A stretch of 64,000 bases of DNA from Trichoplax adhaerens. Taxonomy: Eukaryota > Animalia > Placozoa. Every line of letters starts with the position of its first letter. Within the stretch, counting starts at the first letter, position 1. Made by a program: the position numbers and the translations under genes. The notes beneath the pieces are model-generated. The model did no database searches. It was not told the origin of the DNA and was given only the letters and a program-made list of their open reading frames with translations. Location: positions 1,664,832-1,728,831 of the forward strand of contig NW_002060943.1 of the NCBI RefSeq assembly GCF_000150275.1, given 5' to 3'. This document shows, piece by piece, positions 1 to 13,001 of this stretch.

Positions 1-265
1 ATCAATCATTTCTTGCAGTATAGTTGATTAACCAATTAATTATCAAGCCTAATAATTTTGATTAAGACATTTGAAAACTTCCAGAAATAAGTTAATAAGT
101 CTTATTCATTTATCAATATTAGGCAACATTATTTAAATGACAAAATTAGAGTTTTATAGCACCTTTCTCTAAGTATCAAAAAGACTGTTTATAGATTTTC
201 AAATCTATAATTGAAGTTAAATTTAACTGAGATATATATATGTTACGGTCAATCTCCGGAACCAG

Positions 266-332
266 CCATTCCCTATGACTGACCGAGCAACTTCGGAAAT
301 AGCCGAATTGCTCGGTCATGTCCTAGGAATGG
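266..332. repeat. Imperfect inverted repeat / hairpin (about 67 nt) in intron 2 of cyclase paralog 1
   Basis: ccattcc..tgaccgagcaa-c-ttcgg [aaatag] ccgaa-ttgctcggtca..ggaatgg; GC-richer than its flanks. Confidence 0.75.
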
Positions 333-639
333 ATTTGCCATGATGTACTGTTCACTGTATTTAAGGGATACAGATGTTTGGATTAAGTGATTAATATTTA
401 TCGGTGTTTGCTTATTATGCTAACCAAAAAACTATAACGCAATAGTAAGGTATGATATATTCCAATATCCTTATTGATATGTAACTATGTGCTGTGAAAT
501 CAAATTGAATCAGATGCAAATAGATTAGTAACTACGCAATAATATACTCAATTTATTTATTCTTATATAGATTTAATTAGATGCAAAAAACTAGATACTA
601 TTTTATAAATTAATAGAAACGTGTCGTATATCTGCTAAC

Positions 640-1390
640 CCAGGAAAAGTATTTTCCAATGTTTCTAGATTTTTAACAGCTCTGATGTAGAGGTGTGCAA
701 AGCTATAAGTTCCGGACCAAAACACAGACTATATCAGTAGAAAAGCATATTAAAAATTTTCCGTTAGTACGCTGTATTGAATAATCAGGCTAAAAGTGAG
801 GAGAAAATTTTATTACCTATAAGTTAATATAATAGGCCACAAAGTAATGTACTTTTGCCTAAAACTATATTTAAATCGCTCTTGCAGTACATTTCAAATT
901 ATATTTTTAATTTGATAAAATTATTCTTTTAAGATATTGAGTTTAGCGATAGGAAAAAGAATTGTTAAAATATAACTAGAATTCACTCAGGTAGCAATGA
1001 TGCTACGCCTATGACCACTTAAGAGATGAGACTAGCCCTTCTATTAACCTGAAGCAATTTACAAAGTGATATATTGAAAGATTGATTATTCTAGCAATAT
1101 GTAATAATGAGCCTAGAATCATACCGCATCTTTAGTATAGGCACAGAAACTTCTTTAATAAAGTTATCATATTCACTTGCATTAACGGCACAAGGTTCTT
1201 TAAATGCAAACACACGGCTGAATTGATTCCATACGTGAATACAATCAACTTGACGTTGCAATTTATTTACAGCTTGATATTCTGAACAACGGCCAATAAA
1301 GATTTCTTGGATGCGAGCCGTTGATCCATGAGCTAAAGACCAATCAATATAAAGTGTAATGATTACGATAATGGATGCGATCAATTTCAT
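640..1390 (-). CDS. ADP-ribosyl cyclase / cADPR hydrolase (CD38/BST1 family), paralog 1. Exons 1-2 only; the rest lies left of the window. Apparent 1-bp frameshift at the end of exon 1 (pseudogene, null allele or assembly error).
   Basis: Exon 1 1390-1125 (signal peptide, IFIGRC, VDC, FKEPC; donor GTATGA). Exon 2 728-640 (SVFWSGTY...ETLENTFPG; TACTAAC branch point about 769-763, AG acceptor, GT donor), 89 nt like exon 2 of the paralog. Matches CD38 W125 and the TLED region. Confidence 0.85.
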
Positions 1391-4300
1391 CTTGATGCGA
1401 TTTTATGTCTACTGAGAAGTAGCAAATTGCAGGTTCTTCCTAGCGAATCAAAAAATGAATGATGATGCTGATACCATAGATATCGATTTAGAATGCTTGC
1501 TGTGAAGAGTTGTTTCTATATATATGTAAGTGTATACCATCCAAACTAATTATATATTCTATAGCTTTTCATAAAGAAATAGAAGGGAGACATTGTTTTT
1601 TTCTCACGTTAGCAAATATTTTAACGTTTAGTCATGATTTACATATTACGAAATGATATCAAGCTGTCAATTATTCGAACTGAAATTATGCTAGCATTCA
1701 GGTCAAAGCAGCGTAAGAGATCTTGTGATAACACATAGGAATATCTTTATCAAATACTAATGCACCACAACGAGTTGGTAGCCGATTTTAAAATTTTTCG
1801 AGTCTAAAATAAAATTTTAATTTTAGTTTATTTATCATAGGAAAAATAGACTTTGCATTATACCGCTGGATTCATTGAAATAAAAATCACTTGCAAACAG
1901 TGGAACTAGTTTTCTACGATTTTAGAAAGAAAAATTGATAAGCCAAGAACTGATTATACCCATACAGTTGAAAATAGCGGTCTGTAAAGTTTATCGGTAT
2001 ATTGACATCACATGCACTTTTAATTTAATTAAGTATAACCTGGATTCAATTTGGCTTAACTTAATTAAAGATTTTTATCTTGAAGCAGTACTTAGACCAC
2101 TAACTACAGGTTGTGTAAACATTATCAAGCCCAAATATATAAAGGTAATATATTAAGATATACCGAATCGTAAGTACTATATTTACTGCATCAACCACAG
2201 CATTATACCGTATGTAGTCGCTAATTATTTGGAGATTCAAAATTCTATACGTCTTATCATAAATAGCGCTTTCAAAATTAAGAGAAATAAATTGCTTTTA
2301 CGGGTTAAGAAAGAGTAACTATGCTAAAGTATACGTTTAATTTGAGTTAATTAAATAAATTAACCAAAAAATTACATGCTAACTCTTCAATAATTGCTTG
2401 TAATGAAATAGTAGCTGATACCCTTTAATTAGAATTATCAATTCTTTAATTCAATTTCAATTCAAGGAGATAAGTCTATTGCTGATAATGCGAGATATGC
2501 TGTAAAGTAAAAAGATTTCCTCCATTTCGAGAAATTACTAAAGCGCTATTAAGACTCTGCAATTTTAGAGACAATAGTGTTAAATGCTTATAAATTTCAC
2601 GTATGTTAATGAAGAAACAATAGTGAACTCTAGTAGAGTCAATTAAAATATGAATAGCTAATTACCGATGTTAAAATACAATATAATAAATAAGTTTTCC
2701 AGTAACGGTGTTTACTATCCGTCATCCATACGAACCATAGGTAGACTCCCACGGTAAGTGATTAAAGGTTAAGATTGTTGACAAACTTGTAAATCAGTTC
2801 AAGAAATCACGTTTTTATCTAATCATTATCACGCTGAAAATAATTCAATAGATTGCAAAAAAACATTATTCATTATCTTTATTTGCTACGCAAAAATAAA
2901 CTAGTTTGCAAACATCGCATTGCACCTTAATTACAGATTGTACCATCGATATAGTCTAGTCAATTTAATGGCAACATGATTTACCATCACTAATTACCCC
3001 GCAAAAATAAACGATTGAATAATTAAAATTCACGTGCAAAATATATTTGTGCCTTTCTATGAAGTGAAAGCCATCTAAGGCATTAGTATCTTATAGAACT
3101 ACTAGTAGATAAAATAAAATGCTTAATAATTTTATCATATCCAATTTTATGTTAATCTGTTACTAATGCTCTTATGTAATTATAAGAATATATTTTTTAG
3201 AGAATTTTTTATAATGCACACCCTCTCTTAGGTTGCATAGATAGCTGTATTATAAACGTTAATCAATTTTTATATGTCCAAGAGTTGAACCTATCTATTT
3301 ATTCGAAGTTACTTTATTAGTGATGATAATCGAAGCCAAAATTGACACAGAAGTATCATTTGAAATTTACTTATGCCAGTCTTGGTGTCCATGTTAATTC
3401 AAATGTGTTTTACTATCGCCATATCTCTACCTTGTACTTTATTTTTTTAGAATACAAATAAATTAACAATACATACAGCAGTGGAGAATTAATAGCATTA
3501 GCTATAATTATTCCATAAATCGGTAGCCAACACATTACTTCTTAGCAAATTAATTAATCAATGATGGTGGTCATCATGAACCTCTAATACTAATCAATAA
3601 ATAATGTCTTCGATTAAGTAAACAGTCTAATTGGCAGATGATAGGTAGACGCAATCTGTTATGTACAATAGCATCGGTAATATTTGCGTTCTATGATAAA
3701 TAAGCACCATTGAAACAGTTCTTAATCATTAAAGGGCATGAGATTGATGATGTAAGCAGATTACCTGAGGATAAATGCCCACAGATAGAACAGCTTCGTC
3801 ATTGAACTCGAAGAAAGCTACTAGGATGACTTAACAATAATTTTTTCAAGTTATGTGACATGAAGAGCTCATTAAAGATTTTATGCAGGCTGAACTTTCT
3901 AGTGGCCTATTCCAGGAGAGAATACGACAAAATGAAGCATTACTAATTCTTGATATGAACGAAAGATTTCAAAATATATTGTAATGAAATGAAAAGTGTA
4001 GAGATCAAGCTACAAAACTTTAACAAACTTTGATTCTACTTTCGTTGCACTCCGGTCGACTTAACGCTAATACTTTGACACCAAATAAAATTTGGGGAAA
4101 TAACCGAACAACAATTTATTTCACAACAAAAATGGAGAGAAGTATAGACCGAACAACCTTACAAATACTTAGCTTTAAGTATCATTAAAATAAATGACAG
4201 ACTTAAAAACTGTCAACGACCAAACAACCTTTCAAAAAGAAGAACGTTTTAACATACGACAATTCGACCCCGAAGGCCTTTTAAATTCAACATGTTCTTC

Positions 4301-4872
4301 AAATAAAATCTTCTTCTACTCTCTCTCTAAATTTTCTAATTGCACTATCATTTATAGGCTTCGTAGAGCCGTCTGAGGTATTAAAAACTAAACATTTGCT
4401 AACCAATTCGCACCAATCGCTCTTAAGATCCGTTTTAGAAAACTACTTTGCATCATTTAAGAAAACAAAAATCATTCAAAGTTCAGACACAATTTACCCT
4501 ACGATTCCCTTACAAAACACTATAAAAGTAACAAGCTAACTATAAAAATACATCAAACTTCATTTCTAACATAATTTCTATCATTAATACACTATAAAAG
4601 TCTAAAAATCAACCTTTAAACATCAAAATTTAGTCATAAAAACAACATTCTAACTACCTAACAATCAACACAACCTCTGCCAATTTCCATCTTATTTTCT
4701 ATTTTCCTCACTAAATCTCCTAATGTGACTTCAAGTCACGTCATAAAATTCCAAAGTTTCAAATTCATAACAAAAAGTCCAAATCTCAAAAATCAACTCT
4801 TACGATATTTTTCACAAACAAAAATCCAAAAATTAAAACAGAAAAATTATAATTCAGACATAAATTAAAAAT

Positions 4873-4975
4873 AAACCCGACCGGTTCCAAAACAGGAAAA
4901 TTATATCGGACACAAACCCGACCGGTCCCAGAATCCGAAAACTATATCGGACACAAATCCGGAAAAATTCGGTTT
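4873..4975. repeat. 41-bp tandem repeat (about 2.5 copies) at the end of a G-poor segment
   Basis: aaacccgaccgg...tatatcggacac units start at 4873 and 4914, with a partial copy at 4955. Confidence 0.8.
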
Positions 4976-5589
4976 TATAAAGATCACAGTAATCGCTTAT
5001 CAAAAATTTATATGACTATTACAACTACTTTTCTGACATTAGTATCGCTTAGTATTCGCGAGTATTGACAGTTGATGTTTTAGCGTCAGATTGTACTGTA
5101 ACTGTACAAGTATAGACTACATTACAGTACTTTATCGTCATCTCATGTTATAAATCCCCTTTCTCTAAGGATAGGGTTTTGCTACTAAGTCAAATTTCTT
5201 TACAATTTGAATAGACGATGAAACGCCCTTTCTTTAGATTAGGCATTTGCTCTATAGGGCTACTTCTATAGTAATCTATATAATACCTTGCAAAATAATG
5301 AAGATGAAAAGATGGCGATATGATGATTTGGCAGGGTAAAACTTAAAGGCACTATCACTTTGTAGGTATTTTCTATAGTAAAATAATACTAATTACATAC
5401 TAAAAACTACAAAGGACTCTACTTTTAGTCCTTTTACTACATATATCAGGAGCTCTAGATATTAAGTTATACTGTATTTCTAGGGAAGTACATTATGGTG
5501 CCATTTAAATTTTAATTATTACCGGCCGGTACCATGATTACGTAATTTTAAATTTTTTGAAGTACAATTTTTTCCTTAAAATTATTTCT

Positions 5590-6500
5590 CACCTCATTGT
5601 TCTTAAGGTCATTAGTAGATATGATGCAATCGATTTGAATTAGGTCGAGGCGGTTGATGCGAAGTAATTTATGTACTGTTACGGTGTTGCCTTATCATTA
5701 GGATAGTTTAAAAAGTACAGTAGTAGCTAGTATGGAGAATATCCATATTTGTAGTGCTAGGTAAGATAAGTAATGCCTTAACGTGGATGTTGTTTGTGAT
5801 AGTTCATTACATATTTGATATTGATTGTTATTGTGTGATAGATAGCAATCAGTAAGATGATTCAAGTTCTAGTTGATGATAGTTGAATTGGACAACCTAC
5901 GAGCTTAGATTAAGATTAAGTATGAGTAAGAGATTCAAAATATTTACTGATAGAAAAGCTACGTAAGGAACATCTCAGTTCGAGATATTTCTCCTAGTAA
6001 GGCATAATAATAATACTGCTGCTTTTTACAAACTAGACGGCTCCTATATAAACGGGAACATTTGAGTTGAGTGGGGCGGTAAAAAGTTGTAGATGTATCT
6101 TAGCTAATAAAAGTTTTATCTTTACAGTATTTTGCTGTGTGTATTTAACATTAAGTAAAAGGGCGTTTAAGTCAGTAGCTACTTATAGACTTTTACTGTA
6201 CGTTACCTTGTTGCAGAAGTGAAATTGTGACATGTACATATCTAAATTATTCTATTGATTCTAGTCCAGGCTAACATGTTATACGCGAAGTCGCTTATAC
6301 GTAATTATATGTCGTAATTGCATAACTTAGAGTTTTTATGAGGTACAACTTGACCTTAGAATTATTCATCACCGTATTTATTCTTAAGATTATTAACAAA
6401 TGTGATACAATCGATTTGAATTAGGTCGAGATGGTTAATGTGCAATAATTTACGTACATATCTAAATTACTGTAATGATTCTAGCCAAGCTAGGATATTA
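5590..6500. repeat. Degenerate repeat family
   Basis: caatcgatttgaattaggtcgag at about 5627 and 6408; gtacatatctaaatta..gattctag at about 6234 and 6454; related atcgatttgaattgg at about 11826. Confidence 0.6.
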
Positions 6501-8106
6501 TATGCAAAGTACCGGTAGCATATATACAATTATAGAGTAAACGCGTATCTTAGGATTACTTTTTGACTTCATAATACGATCCAGCGCAATCATCATGAAC
6601 ACTAGGAGACATGCAAATATAGTGTGCGTTTAAACTGCCTGTTATGCTGCAGATGTTAATCAGGTACTTTATTTTTAAGTCTATGAAATCATTCTGCAGC
6701 TCTCATGTTACGATGGTAGTGAATAGGTTCTATAACCCCTTCGGTTTGCAATTACGAACTCGGAAATTAGAGTTATTAGAGTTGAGCAAATTCCTAACGT
6801 GACTCAGCACTACCGCACCTCATTTACTACTGTAATTAGCTGGAACTACTACAAAGACCCATGAATATATTAGTCCTGTACATTACGGTCCTTCAATGAT
6901 TCTTTTTCTAGAATCAGAAGTTAGTCAGGTGATACTTGGTAACAATACACGAATATACTTAAAGTATACCTTCACGGACACTTAACTACTGTACATAGGC
7001 TTCTGAAGTAATCTTTATGTAAATAAGAGAACTATCGTAACAAAATAATGCCTCTACCCCCAAAAATCACTACTTGCAGGTTTGCAAGTGAATTTCCTTC
7101 TATAAAGTCTAGATAATTAATATATAATTATCTAAGTGTTGAGGAGAACTAGGCGTAACATAACTACTATTAGATAAGGTTAAAGAAATTTAGCTAAAAC
7201 AAGATTAGCTATAATGTTATTCATATTCGTGTAGATAGCTACTTACATACATCATGTCATCGAAATTATATTAATGCTGTTTATGTGTAGCTAAACTATA
7301 AGTTAGATGGTACTTTAATTGCATTGGAGAATCATAGCTCAGTTTGAGTATAGACTTGCGATTGGAGTATTCTACTGATGACCGGGTTTGTTGGTAATCA
7401 GAGTAATATAGTAGGGTAGATGCTGATAACATTACTTTGGGCAATAAACACCTTACTTTGCTCAAACCCTATTCCGATATAACTAAAATACTAGCACTTG
7501 AATTTTAGACAATAAATGAATGTTAGTAATTTATGAAGAGTTAACCTCCGATCTTATAGCAGCTTTGAGTGGATCAGGATTAATTATAACACCTATCAAT
7601 CAAGAAAGTATGCTTTTAACGTAAATTATTTATTAAGGCAAGTACAATAACCATATATGCGCAGACATGCTGAAAGTAACTGGCTTTCCAAATAAAAAAG
7701 TTGCAAACTAAGGATACAACGGCTACTCCGGTGAAATATAATAACACGATAAAGGCATCGAAATATTCTTAACTAGGCAACCCATATTATCCTGAAATGT
7801 GTATGAAACTGTAATCTACATCTATGCAGGCTTTTCACTTATGTTAACTCAAGTCGTAGTTTCTTGTATGAATACGGCAGATCATCAATCAATAGACATT
7901 GATAGATAACATCTGTAGTTATATGAGGTATGAAATAAGGTAAAACTGACAGATACATTCAGTGATCACTTATTGTTAAGCACCGTACATGTATATAGAG
8001 GTCTAAATAATGCAAAGATATACTTATGCTTAGAAGCTTGCTATAAATTTTAAGAAATGGAAAATTGATTCCTGGATTAGCCAGTAAACGAAATAACTTA
8101 ATCTTA

Positions 8107-11100
8107 TTAAGCTTTAACGTTTTGTGCCATCTTTAAATATCTTGTTGCCCTCCCTCTTTCACACAATAGAGCAATAATAAAACCTGCTAAGATAAATATA
8201 AGCACTCCACCGGATGCTAGAGCTGCCAAAAGAACGATCCTAGAAACTCCATGAATACTTCGACATCGGATAGTATCGGGCGTAGAGGTACAGAGATGGT
8301 GATATATAGGGCTACAAACATTTGAAAGAAATTAGTAAAAGACATTAGCTATTCATTTTCACCTAAATTAGTCATAAAGTGAAACGTGTTATCGTGTAAT
8401 AGTTATCCTGGTTTCCTCTTTAGACTATCACAAACTATTCTTTTTGATAAGTAAGGTAAAAATTAAAACGAAATGTAAATATAATAATTAACCCTGGATT
8501 ATCAGCACAGGTCCAAGCGAAGTTGTACTGTTCTATCAGACTCTGCAATTCTTTTATTGAACCTGAACCACACCTCTCCCTGACGTTTTATAATAATATA
8601 TGATTAGTCAGTTTATGAGTATGAAAAGAAAAATTAGTTTTCATCCAGAACTTCCCAAAAATATAAAACAGATGTATTTCTCTTACTTTGGATTATCTTT
8701 ACCGTCGATGCCATGAACAACAATAATCTCTATTTTATTTACTTTATCATGTGGGAGATTGGGCAATTCAAATTTGGCGAAGAAGCTTCATAATACAAGA
8801 ATGTAATAGAAATGAAACTTTGATACCATTATGCGCTTATCAACTAAATCCACGAAAATAGAAATTGTAAAATAATCGCTCTTGAAATATAAATTACCTA
8901 TCTGATGCGAAAGCTGGATCACGGCCTGCATTTAGTATCACTTGAACAGACCCACTGGCACTTTTAGCAAACTTATTATTGGATTAATTAATAGACAAAT
9001 TAAATTAGTAATTGTCTAATACTACATTAGAAATGATTTAACAGGTGTAATCTCTGATCTTACTGCCATATAATTTCCAAGATAAAGAACCAAAATGAAA
9101 TATTTTTACTAAAGTATTCTTTTAAATATATACTCGTACACCTATATATGATCTGATTAAAATCCGATCCCTGCCATTATGTGTAATAGCTGGCTATCGT
9201 TGGCTGAAATATATAAATATATATATGCATAATATGGACAGTCTAAGTACGGAATGAAGGCACTTATCATTCATTAATAGTACGGACACTAATTATAACT
9301 ATCTATTAACATAACGACTAAAGGTGCTATTTTAGATTTTAAGTTAAAGATTAAAACAGATTGTAACTATTTTTTTTAATTAAATTAATGCGTATGCCGC
9401 AAACAGAAGACTTAAATTTGTTATGCAGAACTTTACAAAAGAGCCGCATGTGGTTACAGTTTTACGTACAATGAAAATTAACAGAATACAACATGGAAAA
9501 ATACAGTTTTGTCTAAGCTGACGTTTTATAAATGATACGTAAGTATTATACTAAATTGCAAAACAATTACCAATCATAAAAGAAAAAAAATTATAGGTAA
9601 TAACACACAAGCAAACTACTTTTATAGTTGTGAATATATCCCTACCCAAGTCGACATTTTTGCCCAGAAATCGTATGTATTATTCTTATTACATCCTTGT
9701 GGATCTGAGCAAGTTTCATAGTTGATGCCAGGAGATTTTTCTTGGCCACACCATGTTAAGCTATTGACTAAATATCTATGATTTACCAGAAAACAATAAT
9801 TATGATTCGATTTCGTCAAGTAACAAATTTAATTGTTTGTTTCGGCGTAATTTTTAAGTATAAATTCGCCTTTAAATACGGATTTAATCAAATAAGCGTC
9901 ATGATCTCATTATAATTGAAAATTTTACACGTATCGACTAAAATTTAGCTCACCAAAGAAACTAGTTGTAGCTCTTCTATATAAATGATTATGCCAGCCA
10001 CTTACCCCGGTAAAACATCCTCGAGTGTATATAAATTTCCAACAGTTTTTACGTAACTATGTGTGAAATCATATGTTCCGGACCAGAATACTGACTTTAC
10101 GATTTAAAATAAAATGGAAAAAGATTCAAGTGTTGAATATCATAATTGTTTGCAAATACCAGAATATAGCCAATCTTATTAATAGCCCAAGAACTGCATG
10201 TTTAATAATGCACTTGGGTAAAGGAAAGATGTCAGTATTTATGTTTGCATATATATAAGGGAAACTAAATGTCTGCACATCTCTGCTAGTCTATTACCCA
10301 TACATGCATACCTATAACATGATATAATTCCTAGATAGCTAAAAGTACGTTATTTTAACCGATATCATTTTCCTATTAATATTTTTACGTATCTTTTTGG
10401 ATTATATTAATAACAATGTCGATAACTATCATTGACCTCTTCACTGTTTGATTAGCTGTATAAAATAAGTAAACGCTGTTTGATTAGCTGTAACATATAC
10501 TTAAGCTATCGTTCATTTATGATTTCATCATATCGATTTTAGCGAGAGATGAAGACGATATAGTGCATATAAAAGTAATCAAAACACTTAGTACTAGTAT
10601 TAATCGATAGCTACGATTTCTGATGAACTGTGTAAATTACTTAGACTATCATCTATTTTTGATCTTATTATTTTATCTAATTTTTTGGCGAAAGGTGAGC
10701 ATGATACGTAGCACATAAAAGTAATAAAGCAGTAATGTTAATTAATAGCTATTTAATGAAAAGGAATACTGAATGTATCATTCATTTTTGGTTTTATCAC
10801 TTTATCTAAATTTAAGCGAAGGATAAAGACGAAGTAGCGCGTATAAAGCAATCAAGTTATTCGCTATTAAGCATTAGCTGATATGAGTATCTTACGCCAT
10901 CTTGAGGAATTGGCACAGATGATTTCTCTATGAATTTATCATAGCCAGCCGTTTGTACTTTGCAAGGATCTAAATTAGCGAAAACGCTAGAAAATGTCAT
11001 CCATAATTCATGGCAATCGACCTCATGCTCCATAGTATGTGATGCTTGATAATCTGAACAGCGTCCAATGAAGATTTGATCAATCCTAGGTGTTGTACCA

Positions 11101-11195
11101 GCATCATCACTTAGTCCATAAAATGGATATCGATAATGGGACAGTCCAACTTGGCTATAGGCAAAAATCAAGCAGATATAGAGAAGAATTTTCAT
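8107..11195 (-). CDS. ADP-ribosyl cyclase / cADPR hydrolase (CD38/BST1 family), paralog 2; complete, 7 exons, 327 aa; signal peptide plus C-terminal TM helix
   Basis: Exons 11195-10896, 10094-10006, 9775-9646, 8971-8898, 8785-8687, 8579-8493, 8311-8107; all GT-AG, phases consistent, 984 nt. Motifs FIGRC, VFWSGT, TLEDVLPGYL, LTWCG, DFWAKMS, FAKFELPNL (catalytic Glu), ERCGSGS; 10 family-conserved Cys. Confidence 0.93.
10530..10860. repeat. Degenerate about 140-bp tandem triplication in intron 1 of cyclase paralog 2
   Basis: ttagcgagag..tataaaagtaatcaa (about 10540), ttggcgaaag..cataaaagtaataaa (about 10685), taagcgaagg..tataaagcaatcaa (about 10813). Confidence 0.55.
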
Positions 11196-11287
11196 CTTGA
11201 TTCAATAAAAAGACTAATTGTGTTTAGCAAGATGTCTTTGGTAGATAGCAGGCCGTGAAAGTGATGAATTGTAAACTCAAAATTCTG

Positions 11288-11296
11288 CTTTTATAG
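11288..11296 (-). promoter_or_regulatory. Candidate TATA box of cyclase paralog 2
   Basis: CTATAAAAG on the minus strand about 95 nt upstream of the ATG. The AT-rich background lowers specificity. Confidence 0.35.
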
Positions 11297-12599
11297 TATG
11301 CTTTTGCATTTGCATAATAAATAAGAGGAGCCTTTATAAAAAGTATAATAGTCCAGATGTATAAACTAATTAGTTGAAATAATGGTTTTTAACTCGTCGG
11401 ATTTATTGGCTAACGCTAAAATATATTAAAACACTACCGATATTTAATTTAAATCGCTTTTAGGGTTAATTAAATAATTGATTTCACACCATGCCCTAGG
11501 GCTTAATTTTATTAAACTTGATAAATTGATTTTTTTGCTATTTCCATTAATTATAATCGAACAATTGCTATTGTTATTCTTGATAGGGTAGCGATGGCCG
11601 TGAAAATTTTGCTAAGAAAAAATTTAGCTACACTACAATATTGAGGGATCATTCCAGCTTCAATGCAATAGTATATGATAAGGATTAACCTATGATCTCC
11701 TCTCCGTTCACAAATTGTCAGCTATATCAATACATATTCGTTGCTAAAGTTTAATATTTGAATCCATTAGTCTTCGATGATTCAGCTCTGCATGAGATAT
11801 TACTTTTTATCAGGTGAGAATTTATATCGATTTGAATTGGATCACGAGATGAATGGTCTCGCAGTAATTCATATAACTTATAAAAAATTATTATACTATA
11901 AAGAATATGGTGTATTAAAAGATGAGAATTTTAGATTACGATTTTAAGGTCTTTTTGGAATCTTAAGTAAAACTTGCTTTGATAAGATTGTAGTTAGATC
12001 TTCTGTATGCATTTAGAATAGTAATTATTCCAAGAGTCAAGATAATCTCCGTCCCTTTTTTGTAAATTTTTGTTTTTTTAGATTACTCAACCTTGGTTGC
12101 ATTTAGATAAATAATTAATTCGCTGAGTAAAGGAAAGCAACTAAGCGATTTATTTCGTTAGTAGGATTGATAAAATGAATTTGTCAGTAGACGCTAGCGT
12201 TAGGCGCTCCAAATTCTCATAAATTAGCCAATTTTAATCTATACTATCAGAGATATTAGAAAACTTTTAATACTTTTCAGCCATAGTGTATCGATGAGTG
12301 GACTAATCCTATATTGTAAAGGCTTGAGCTTAGCATGCTGTTTTGCAAGGTTTGCGTATTTGCAATTTTGTGGCATTTTATGAAGAACTACCGTATTATA
12401 GCGTCACTTGTATATTACTGTAGTTAGCTCAATGGCCTACTTTTAAGTTACCTAACTGTAATGATATTCCCCAACAGATATCTATTAGAAATAATTACTT
12501 ATTGACTTTAGCTAGATGAACAATTACATTTATAATAATAGAGGTTAACAGCTGCCATAGGTAAACTGTGAACTTATTCAGAACAATTACAATTATAAT

Positions 12600-13001
12600 T
12601 GTGATTGAGGGTTCGATATCTCGGAGGATTGAGATTTAGTTGCCATTTACAATAAGTACACCAAAAGTTGTATAAAAGTTATACTTTATTTTAAGTAGTA
12701 AAGTAAGTACAGCGAGGTAGTTACGGTAGACCAGCGTGCAAGCTGCCGTGAGTAACGTGTGAAGATTAAGCAGGAAACGAACGATTTCTGAGGTGGAAAA
12801 CGGCGGTATTTATAGTTTAAAGATAGAGCACATGCAGAGAATAGGATTGTAGAATTAGATACAACATATACCCTAACAGGTTACAACATAGCTGATGATT
12901 GTAGCAAACAGCGAGTAATATAATAACTAAATACAGTAGCCTATATATGAATGTGAAGTAAGCGGACTGTAGATATGTTTAAATATAAGAGCAATACAAC
13001 A
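12600..13001 (-). mobile_element. Possible solo LTR (about 400 bp)
   Basis: TG...CA ends; minus-strand CTATAAATAC (12815-12806) followed by AATAAA (12690-12685); lies between copies of a local repeat (aataatagagg.taacagctgccatag at about 12534 and 13056). No clean TSD. Confidence 0.3.

Noticed and set aside
3735-3985. Protein-like stretch (HEELIKDFMQAELSSGLFQERIRQNEALL..) on the plus strand
   Set aside because: Interrupted by stops, with no recognisable family or splice context.
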